Shown: piece after piece, positions 39,401 to 51,400 of the stretch
How positions within the stretch are numbered: the first letter of the stretch is position 1
Layout of the letters: the number at the start of each line of letters is the position of its first letter
DNA from: Phallusia mammillata
Lineage: Eukaryota
Assembly: GCA_965637545.1 (NCBI GenBank)
Contig: OZ281497.1
Coordinates: forward strand, 19,964,001 to 20,028,000
DNA: 64,000 nucleotides
Reading direction: 5' to 3'
Program-made: the position numbers and the translations under genes
The notes under the pieces: generated by a model
Database searches by the model: none
The model's input: only the letters and a program-made list of their open reading frames with translations
Told to the model about the DNA's origin: nothing

Positions 39401-42400
39401 CTCATTCGCATTGTACGCAACAATGAGCAATCATTCATTGTTCACAATTGAATATATGCCATCATAATCAAGCCATTTGCCACATACAGTTGCAGTTTTA
39501 AGGCAAGGTTTGTGGCCATACCAATAATAAGTGTGTTCAAAAGCAAAATTGTTGAAGCTTTACTTTAAATTTAACGATTTTTATACCAGATCGCCACATG
39601 CTAACCCAAATATACACAATGGCCCCAAACTTCGACAACAACTTAAGAGCCGCATAAAACCAGGCGAAGAGCCGCATGCGGCTCGCGAGCCGCGGGTTGG
39701 CCACCCCTGGTGTATGTCATATAACGGTAGTATCTCTACAGTCCGACACATTACCAGTGATTGATGTCAGTGTTAAAATGATTGCAATTTACTACGAACA
39801 CAGTGTAGTGTTGTAAAGTATTGTAAAAATTGAGCAGAGCAAGTTTTGGCAACATATTTTTTCTCGTGCGTTTGAGAACATTGGTCTCTAAATATTCAGG
39901 CCAAAAAATATTTATTTATATTGGTTCATGTTTGTAAATCGACAAAAAATGATTCGTTCACCATGTTCTCTGTTGAGGAGCTTTTTCACTTTGGCGACGT
40001 ATGGTGGATGATCATAACGCATTGCAAATCCACTTCCCTGGAACAACAAAAAGTTTAAACATTTTCCCTTACTTAACAAATTTATCACCCGCTTTTTCAC
40101 GTGAAGCGCCATACTCCCATTAAGAAGTAACCATTTAAATGCAAAAAAGGTTCAATATGCCAAAAATGTTTTGCTTACCCGCCATAGCGTTGCTAAGATA
40201 CGATGACCGACACTAGTCCATGGTTTGTCCTCGTCATAAGCGTACAACATGTTACGTACAAATGCTCTGAGGCTGCGAACAAAACCATGTTGTTACATAT
40301 GTAGCAAAGACCCACAAATATTTAGGACTTTTTATTTCAATGTTGGACATAGAATTAGATGCAAGGTGTAAATTACACTCTTAAAGTGCTTCAGCCCTTT
40401 TCAGATATATTACAACAGAAGTACTTACTCTTCCATGGGCATAGTTTCGACAGCTTTTAACTGTAGAGGATAGGTGATGAAAGTAGTAATGGTATTGGCT
40501 AGCATTGTCTTCATGTCTACAACAGTAATGTAAATTGCTTTAAAACTGCAACGAAAAAAAAACATCCTGGAAGTTCTAAGTTAAAGTTTTGTATGTACGT
40601 TATCTGAGAGAATCTAAATCGAAGTGTTTCTCACCGTTGTTAACAACGCGCGAATCGCAGTGAAAAGTGCTGAGGAATCGGATAAACGAGCGCAAGGTGG
40701 CGTCGTGCTGTGGAAGTTTCTCGAAGGGCTGGGACGGGGCAAAATATTCGCGAAGACATTTGTACAATCTAAAAATTGAGTTTAAAATTTATTCATAAAC
40801 TTTGCTAAAATCCAATTTACACAAGCTTTTGTTGAATTACCTTGTGCCAGCTGTCAGATAAAATTCAGGCATAAAAGTGAAAAGTGCACCCTTCTCCGCA
40901 GCTTTGTGGGCGGTTCGTATGCAAAGTTGAAGCAGCCACCACAAGTTGCGTTGTGACTCCTGTAAAGAAGGAGAAACATGTTTTGCCAAGAAATAACGAG
41001 TGGAAAAGGTCCAGTCACTTTCCAAGAAAACTGCAAAAGCCTACGACACCCGGTATTCCCAGGCGGTCACCCATCCAAGTACTGACCGGGCCCGACGTTG
41101 CTTAACTTCCCAGATCGGACGAGATGGGGTGTTCTCAACGTGGTATGGTCGTAGGCGATTGCTCGCGCGCGAAAACGCTTCTTATAGTTACAAACAGTGC
41201 AAAACCTCTTCATTTATTAAATTGCCCATTTTTTTCTTTCTAAAACGCACATACCCTTAAAATCGTATTTTTTTGTGTGGGTAATGCTTACCGGGTCATA
41301 AACTGATGCTTTTAACCAGGCGATGGCACGACAGAGTTCAGTCATGTGACGCAGCAAGACGCCATGTGATTGGGTAAGGCTGTCACGGATGTCTGTCAAC
41401 TGCGTCGAAAATACTTGATTTTAGAAACATCGCCATTTTGTCACAAACAAGCGGTTTTTATACTCACATTCGGTGCAGTGCATTTCTTCAGTTTAATTTC
41501 GATCTCGTTAAGAGCGGTGGCATATTCCACAATCTTGGTACGAGTTGTGTGAATCTGAAGACAAAAAATAAAAGAAGGCTTTTCATATCAGGGTACAGGA
41601 AGCAATAGCTAAAAAGTGTATTTTTAAAAATGACACAGTATACAAGTGGGGCATATGTCTGCTTTGACTAGAAAGGTGGCTTTTCTTTGCATTGCCCATT
41701 TTAAATTTTGATTTTATAAGCGTACAAAAAAATTTCATTTTGATTTTAAAAGTGTACAAAAATTTACAATGGGTAAAAAGACTAAAGCTTAAGAGTTAAA
41801 AAAAAACACTATTTACAACAGCAGGGAACAGGGGAAAAAGCTTAAACGTGTATTTTTACAAGTACTGCAAATGTCTGCTTAAAATACAGCGTCAGTCATA
41901 ACAACCCGGTGTACTGTGACGTAATAAGAATGGCGGGATGTTACGTAACAGGATGTTCGAATGGACGTTATAAAGTTTGTGTACAACGCAACGTTTGCAT
42001 TAGTTTAAATTGTCAGCACGTCATTTAACCAAAACAAAATAACAAGCGATTTTAGGTACACTTTCATAGTATTTCTAACTGGTAAAACCTTTGATATTTT
42101 GAAACTAAAGTTAGTTTGCAAGGTGCAATATTTTCAGCAAAATTAAAATCACTAGTTCTGATTTTCATTAATTGTTCACCAAAAGATAAAAGTTGTTCCA
42201 CCTTATCCATGTGTTGATGCATAACGTTGCTGTAGAGGAGCAGACAGCCATCAGTTAATTCGATCAGGTGAGCTTTGGTTGGTGATTTTTCCAGATCCCC
42301 GTCTTCACTGGATGATCTCTTCCGACTAACAGTGATACTGCGATCCCGCCCAGTCATCTTATTGCTCTGGTTCAGCAAAGCACGCGCAAGTCGCAGAACA

Positions 42401-45400
42401 GGGTTGAACGTATCAAGGTCCGCATCTGTAGAAAGTGGATGTTGTATAAGAAGATCAGTATAGAACAAGTTAAGATATAATTGTATTTAAAGGTATAGGT
42501 TTTATTTGACTTAAAACTTTCTAACTTTACTTTAAGTTTAGGGCAACGACCGTGTGATAGAAACTTCTAATGAATTTATCCCAAATGCTGATATAGTAAC
42601 AACAACTAAGACAACACAAGGAGCGCTTATGCTTCTAGAAAACACCATCAACAATTCTACAGACCATATTTAACGCCGCGAATGAACAAGATTCATGTCA
42701 TGTCAACAAAGTATGCTAAGTTTACATCGCTTTGCTGTTTTACCACAACGGTGTAACAAGAAAACAAGCACATGGTACTGCTCTATATACCAGCGACATT
42801 ATACGAAAACACTTAGACGATGTTGTAGAGTTCAACACAATCACAACTGACCATCGTCTGCTCTGGTGAGAGTGGACAGCGATGGACCGGCCGCTTCATC
42901 TTCAAACAGCTGCAAGATGGCACTGTGTTCGTTCCAGGGACTGTCCTCATTGGTGGGTCGTCTACCCCCTCTACCCCTCGCTACTGATACACCTTCCTTC
43001 GCCAGTTCGTCTGAACAAAATACGTTTGTGCGATATTAACAACAGTAGGATATGGCATTACACTTAAACCAGTCATTCTTAGCTGGGCGTAAGTACAAAA
43101 ACAGGATGTATGAGATACAGTAAGAATACCAAATAACCAACGGCGGTTTAAGCTTTTATATAGAAAGTTTTAGTAAGGAATATTTCTTTGCTGGAATTAA
43201 ATATTTCTGTCTGTTATTGTAGATATGCATTGGAAAGTTTATTTACACTTTACACCCAATTAAGATTGTAGGTCTAATTTTACTTCATTCATGCGAGAGC
43301 CTTCTTGAATATAAAGCTAAGTGTTGAATTTGGGTTACAAAAAAACGGCAATATGCTTGTGGCAAAGTAAAGACCGTTGTGGGACTCGAACCTTCGACCT
43401 TACGAGTGGCCGAGATAAAAACCATTTATTACACACATGAGTAGCAAACCAAGGCACGCTACACTAATACACAGAAACAACTCTGACTTCTTAATCTAAT
43501 TCTAATGGCACACATTGGTCATAACAGCATAATCGCCGACATAACAGGCGTCTCATAAAACCCAGTGGGGTCGTGATCCCTGATAAACATGTCATAATCA
43601 TCTATAGCAGCCTCTGTATCTAACTGTAAGTCTATCTCTCGGGAACACTATTCGACTTATACGTAAGTTTGTGGCAACGAAAATGGCAATTGAAGGGTTG
43701 TGACCTGACTTGATACACAGCAGAAGACGAAGTACAATGCTACAGACGTCAATACACATGGCAGTTAAGGTCTTTGATTCCGTCGTTGCACACGAGTGCT
43801 GACGTTTAAAGCCAATTATATAGCAATATGAGTAAGAGTGGTTTCACACAATGCTGCCGTAGCTGTTGACAGATACGAGTTTAAGCCAAAGATTTCCCAT
43901 TTGGATTGCGACTAAGTGTGTATTAAATAGATTGAACAGTTTTGTATTTTGCTGTAAACACGTATTTAGGGCATTGGTAGGCATTGGTAAGCAACAAATC
44001 AGTAATATTTCCCCGAAACAAACTAAAAAGATAAAGCGAAACCCTTAACATGGCCGCAAAGTCAATACTGGTGTTGTCCAACTTATTGCATCATAAGATG
44101 TGACCAAAAAAAAACACTTCTATGCCGCAATGATGCAATATCTTGACCCCTTGACCCCTAAAGTGATTGAATTTCATCACAGATTACACCAACCTTTATG
44201 TTCGTTCAATAGGTGTGATTTCAGACCACCGACCCGCTGCAGATCGAAATAATCGATTGAATCCGTGTAGAAAGATTCCGTGGGAACGTAACCGTCTGCA
44301 ACAATTATGTAAAATCAATTAAATAAAAGATAAGACAGTAAACATGATTTCATTAAAACAGTGGCAGAAACCCAGTATATAGAGTAGTGTGCGTGTGACT
44401 TTACAAGCATAAAACGTCAATTAGATTCGGGTAAATATAACAGTGACACAAATCAATCTACGCATTAAGTGTCGTCATATAAAATGAGTAAAAAAATACA
44501 GTACAGAACGTTTCTTTACACGAAAATTCATGTAAAAAGAGCATCAAAAGCCTACGACACCCGGTATTCCCAGGCGGTCACCCATCCAAGTACTGACCGG
44601 GCCCGACGTTGCTTAACTTCCCAGATCGGACGAGATGGGGTGTTCTCAACGTGGTATGGTCGTAGGCGATTGCTCGCGCGTAACAATCCTTCTTATAGTT
44701 ACCAAACCATGCAGACTTCAATTTTTACTTTTCAACAATAGTTTGTATTTCGCTTGATGTCTTTCGTTCATTGTAGCAACTGTTTCTTTCACTAAGCAAC
44801 TTTTGCATTTACAGTTGGGCGAACGTAAAGGTATTTTTAGGCGGAAGAATTGAACATAATTTATAGTTTACCTGCAGCTTTCACATAGCCAGGTTTGGTG
44901 GTGGCCGATTTATCCCACAAGTCACGAACAACATCAACAAGACGCTGCATGAAAGAGTGAAGAACTATCGGTGGAGTGACCACGGTGTGTTCCGACTGCA
45001 AGAGAAAACGACAGACAATCAGTGACTTAATACGTTGGTTGCATTAGATTAGAAAATGGTATCCAAAGTTGACATTTTAAGCAAAATAGCTTTAATTGGA
45101 CTAAATTAATCATTTTTTTTGCTTTTTATACTTGTGTAATGTGTTTTTATAAGATCCAACCCATCATCTAGATTTTCATACTTTTACATTGAGAGCTGCA
45201 GATCATATTGTTCTCATACAATTAAACAGCAAAACGTACCCGATGTACAGACACGACGTTTTCCAAGTATTTGCGAAAATATTTCACAAACGCTCCGCTC
45301 ACCATTCCCTGTGATTAATACAAAATATATCAAATTCCTGCTGAAATTAAACATTGTTTTTTTTTCGTGAGCCAGGTCGTTTAAGTGACCAAGAAATACA

Positions 45401-48400
45401 ATCACTGCTACAAAACTCGGGTAAGTTCTGATTCCAATTTGGACCACCTTGTAAATACTGGATTAATATAACCTAGATTAACATGTTACTGTAGCAAACT
45501 TTGTTCTTACCGGGACTTGTCCATCTAAGACCATAAGCCGCATGATTTCGCGTTGAAGCTTTTTCACGGCTGCAAATAAGACACAGAATGAAATTATAGT
45601 AAATGTTGTATTGTTTACAAATCGACAAGGTTAGTTTATCGGGCCAATATGATAGTAAGGTATAAGCTAAGTAGCTGCATTATATGAAGCATAATGTAAT
45701 TCACAGTTATCTACTGAAGTTGTGTACTTGAATAAAAGGCAAATTACAACACCAAGTTAAAATTTTGCACAGATTTGAGGGACTTATTTTGGACAAATAA
45801 TAAAATGACCGGTGATTATCAGAAAAAGCCTGTTTTGGAGAAAGTGGAAAACACTTACTGTCCATTTTTTCTTTCAGCTTCTCATAGCCGCGTTCGTAGG
45901 TCGCTTTGGGGTCGCAATCCTATAAAACACGTGTAAACATTTGTTTATACACAACCGAACACTATTCTACTGGGTCAGTACTAAGGCCAATAAAGTTCAA
46001 CCAGTTTTTCTAATTTTCTTCTTTACACTTTGAAAATCCCAATATAACTGAAATGGCGGAACATTCAACTCACGTTCGGTCGAGGTTGTTACGTTTGCAA
46101 AAATACCTATTTTAAAGAAGGTTCAGTGCGCACACCATGAAACTTACCCTTCCCCACACCATTGGAATAAGTTTACTCAACCCTGCTTCTCTGTGCTTCG
46201 ACACTTGTTTGATGTGAAACAAGGACGGAATCTCCGAATGACGGTCGAATGTGCGAATTTTGAGTTAAGAAACAAAGGCGTTTTAAATACTTTAAAAACA
46301 AATAATAACAAAAAGTTAAAACACCTCAATAAAATCAAAGGGACAAATCCATGCTGAAAAATAAGATCAAAATTTTGTGAAATAAGTTTCGAAAGAAAAT
46401 TGCCACGCTTTACAGTTCCAAAGTTAAGCGTTGGTTTAATCTTAAGACTGTTAATTAATCGTAAAAAACAATCGTTAGTTACAGCGCTTATTATTATCTT
46501 TTACATTGCAAAAAATGGCACCAACCGTTTTGCGAGGCATTGTAACTCAGCTTTTTTACTTGACATTGATTGTAACATTTTGAAACATAAAGGATATGAG
46601 CAATGTAATGCGAGGTTGCGTCTGGTCTGTTTGTGCTTGAACAATCCCAACATGAAGGACAAATTACGAGTCTGATCGTGAAAGTCGACATGCACGGGTG
46701 ATGAACGGTATCTCCTCAATACACAGCCGAACACCAGGTTGATGCAGTCACGTGCTTCGCGACCCTGCTTGACAACAGGAACGAAATTTAAAACTTGCCT
46801 TGATTCAGCGGTTTTACCGTTTCATAATTGTTATCCTTTAGAGAGGAATTTGATTATAATCTATTCACCCCCGTTTACAAAAAAACTAACCCATCCAAAA
46901 AGGTGGCGTCATGAAACGTGATACCTCAATTACCCCCTAAAAATGTCAATATACCCCTTTTGGGGGTATTTACCCACAAGGTGACCACCTCACCTCAGCT
47001 TTTTAAACCATAACCATATTTACTTTCCTTTTCCTTGGCCACATTCCACGTTTTTTTTATTTCTATTCAGGGGTACTACTGCCAAACACTAATTAAACGA
47101 CTCATTTTAGACCAGCGGTTCCCAACCTGTGGGCCGCGACCTCAACTGGGGTGGCCTGACAATTTACCTGGGGTCACCTAAGGCAGTGTTTCCCAACCTA
47201 CGGGTCGCGACCCAAAGTTGGGTCGCCTGAACATTCTGTTGGGTCGCTTGTTTTAGTGACAATAAGAACATCTACTTTTTGATTTCGCCTTGTAGCGTTA
47301 TTTTATATATTTCCCAAGGCTTTAAATTGTTGCCCAACAATAATTTCATCACAACTTGTCGTGATAATGGTTAAAATGTTTATGACGTCATAAAGTAATG
47401 TGTTAGCTCACAGTTAAGCGTTGTCTGGCTAATAATTCTTCGATTCAGCTCTAAGTCCTGGTTAAATGGAAATGTTTGGTCGAAAACAACAACACTATTT
47501 GTTCGTTATAAGGTTATTGATTTGCTAAACTTGCGTAGTAATTTTTAAAAAGCTTTCCGAATTTACAGACAAAAATTCAACTAAAATAACATGTCCATGG
47601 GTCGCGAGAAACCACTAAACAAAATTTTGGTAAGTATTTAGGTCGCGTCTAAAAAAGGTTGGGAACCACTGACCTAAGGCATGGTTCCCAACTTGTTTAG
47701 GCCAAGGACCACTAGCCCCTATAAAATAAACTAATAGACCATCTTGCTGTTGAGAAAAAATACAGTCAATTTAAGTTCAGAGACTACTAATTTTATCCTT
47801 GGGGTCACTGCAGCTTGACAAATGTCATCAAGGGGTCACGGCACCACAAAGGTTGGAAACCGCTGTTTTAGACTAAAGATGGGCTTACTTTTGATTTTTC
47901 GCAAGGGTTCAAACTTACACGATTCTGTACGAATGTTAAACGGCCGGCTCTATTAGGCAAGCGCTTGCCACAATTTTCTTACAACGACACTTACATCTGC
48001 ATATTGCCACAAGCAGCCAAGAATCGTATGAAGATCGTAGTAGGGGTCAGCACTGCTCGCAAAATCACACAAAGAGTAGAGGAACGGGAGAAGATGCGAC
48101 TCGACGTTATAAGGAGTTTTCTGCAGAAAGGGTTAGAAAAGTTTAAGTCCAAGTACAGTGAATTACAAAGATCAAGTTAGTAAAATGTCTCTTACCATCA
48201 ATGGACCGAGCAGTTGCACGATATGAGCAAGAATCACTTGACGACTGACGTTATCCAACTGACGGTCCAGCTCCTGAAGAAGCAAATCTTTTTGTTAGTT
48301 TTGTTTCAGCCTTAGACTTTGGCAAAACACATTTTAATATACTAGGCCTGCCACGCGAGGTAGTTTTTCGTGGCACACCAAATGGTTTTTTTTAATTTGT

Positions 48401-51400
48401 ATTTAAAGACAGTTTGATAGAATTAAAACTATTATATCGCTTATTCTCAGTTTGTTGCGATTTAAAATCCTAAAATGTAGCCTACAGATGCAAATTTGCC
48501 TGTTTTCTGAATGTTTGTCAAACCAACTGGCACATAAACTCAAAACTAATTGGCACACAAGGTCAATCATCAACAATAGCAAATATAGAAGTAAACTGAC
48601 ACGAGGAAATTTGATATGACAACTAAATTGGCAAGCGGAGTTTAAAAGGTTGCGGACGTCCTGTAATAAGGCTTCTTTAAACCAGTAAACATCTTGCGGT
48701 AGTGGATAAGAATTTATACGACCGCGCGTATCTATATGATAATGTATGTACTGTTTGCTGTGCGTTCATAAAAACTCTTTTTTGGTGAAAAATTTTGGTA
48801 CAAAATTAGCCTACAAAGAAACACAGATTTTTTTTTATTACAAGGCAAGTTTACGAAGTCTTCCAGCTGCTAGACTTATTATTCAAGCTCAGTGGTTACT
48901 GGTTGTACTGAGCCGCATTTTGTGGAAAAAGAACTAGGAAGCGGACGTCAATAGATGCAAGATGGTCCGTCCTATATCACAAACCCATATTCTATTCTTA
49001 CACATTAGGCTCATGACCTTTTCCGCGAACTTGGAGTTCTGAATTTGATGACATGTTTTGCCACCACAAACATCATATGTACGTGCAAGCGATCATGCGC
49101 CAAAGTGAATCCACATTCACAGCACAAAACTCACCGGCTTGCGACGTGACAATCTATGCAGGGATTCCAGGCAGCCGATAAGATACTTGGCCTCTTCAGC
49201 GTCCGCTGGTGGATCCTTAAAAGTGTGCAGCCATTAGTACAGTAACGAAATTATACCATTGTCAATTATTATAATTTCATTTAAACGTAAAAAAAATAAT
49301 TAGTGATGTAGAATTTATGTAAATTCCTTTTATTTGTAGAGCCAAAAAGACTTTCAGATGCAGACTTGTAAGCGCACCAGAAATTTGGGCCTGAACCAGA
49401 AAATGCAAGCCCGAAATCTGTCCAAAAGGCCCGAAAGTTGGAAATTAGGCCCAATCAAGCTCCTTTAAAAACTAAGGCCCGAACACAAAGCGAAAAGCCA
49501 AGCCCGAATTACAATTCTATTATATATATGAGTGAATCAGAAACGTAACTGCCGTTTATTACATTATGATCACAATTAAGTGGCAAAAATATGACATACG
49601 CCGAGAAACTTTCGCAGTTATGTTTACGTTTAAGCCATCTCATTTGTAGTGCATTTAAAAATGTGACGTCAAAAACAAGAATTTGCAGCACACACGCGCC
49701 TGACTTTGGAAATACGCACACCGACTAGCCTTACATCAATGTTTATAGTGCTGCTTATTATATTATATTATACAGCTATACAGTTTCCAAATTGATATCT
49801 GAAAACAGGGATAAGGATGGCAGAATACGATGACAGAGAAATAACTTAAAGTAACCAGTACTATTTACACGAATTTGGTCAGTATTGTGGGGTGACAGAT
49901 GATTCTAAAAGCATACAATTGTAAGCAGTTATCAAGCATCTAAAAGCCCACATTCAGCCCATAAGGATGCAACTAGAAAAAAAGCGATCGATAAATTCAA
50001 CCGTTTATCGCTGGTGCAATTTATTCCGGCTAAAATACAACACCTTACAAGCATATCAGTACCTGTATCGGCCTATACCCTGGTACTGGGTGCTTCATTG
50101 GTTTTAGGCCGAAGTTGCAGTAAGCAATCTCCTTGTAGGCGAGGCTGAGCACGGGAAAGTATGCCAGTCCTGGTCCTGTGGGAATATCGTCGAACGCCAC
50201 ACCAAGATCACGACCATTTCTGCACAAAACAGCAAGTTGACAGAGCAGGGGATTCTGTGTACGGTCTAAACATCTTCTCTGTTGCTTTTTATGGGGATCT
50301 TTATTGAATAAGTGACTGACGTAACCTGTATGCTCGCAGTAATATATGCATTTGTTTCGCATCAGGACCTATGAGGCCACAGATTCGCTGTTCAATAGTT
50401 TAAAGTTACATAATTTTACAAGTTTTCAAGCGAATCTACATAATTGGCTTCAATTGAGAATGATGATGCCTATATTTAAAAGCAAAATATTTGTTTGAAT
50501 AGGAATAAGACAATGGTTCGATAAAAATGCAAAGAAAAACTTCTGTCAAATGAAGTACAAAACTGAACCATTGCGTCCGGCTGCCATGTTAGTTGCACCA
50601 TTTAGCACGTCTATCATTACGTCATAACTATTTTGACGTTAGTTACACCATTTAACACATAATCAAATACAACTTAGTAGGAGTGGACCAATGCGGTAAA
50701 AGAGTTCTGTTTGTCCCAGCATGCGTTAATCTCATGTTAATGATCGGTGCCCGGCTCAGTGCGCTCGGTCTATTATGATGTCGAATAGTTATGACGTAAT
50801 CATAAATAACCTTTTTTTATTTTTGAAACTGACTACTTAAAAGGGTAAAAAAACGCTTAAAACTTACAAAAGAAACGAAGTTGTCCGATTGTCCAAGTCA
50901 AGTAGACACGTGACTATGTCGTCAGCTTCCCAAGCCTAAAAAATGATGAGTCATGTTTACACAGGGAAATAGTTTGACAACAAAATTTTACAGCATGACA
51001 GTGCATGTATACAACACAAAGAAAAACTTATAGTGTCTGGTTTTTACGATTTCTGTTTAAACAAACATCAAAGATGCGTTGGCGGCCGTAAAGTGACACT
51101 TTCAATGAACTTGTCACAAAGTTTTACGCCCAAGAATAAATGTTTAGTTGCTAAGCCAAAAAATTAACAAGCCATTAGGTACAAGTAAATTAGGCATTGA
51201 TAGCTATAGTCAGTTTACCGGAGAGCCAAATAAAACAGTTCTGGACCAATCATAGCAACGTTCTATTTTTACAGACACAACTTCAACATTTTTCAGCGTT
51301 GCTTAGTGGCGTGCAGAAATATATAAATATTAAATAAACTAAATTGTTTGCATAAAAAGCATTTACCCTATCATGTATTGTAAAGACATTCTAGTTTGGT

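Noticed and set aside
41000-41260. Repeated peptide KAYDTRYSQAVTHPSTDRARR (also 44469-44741) suggesting a protein repeat
   Set aside because: It is the antisense translation of the 5S rRNA gene.
31708-44667. 5S-derived SINE (SINE3) interpretation of the dispersed 5S copies
   Set aside because: The copies are full length with terminators, have no SINE body, tail or TSD, and share upstream promoter DNA.
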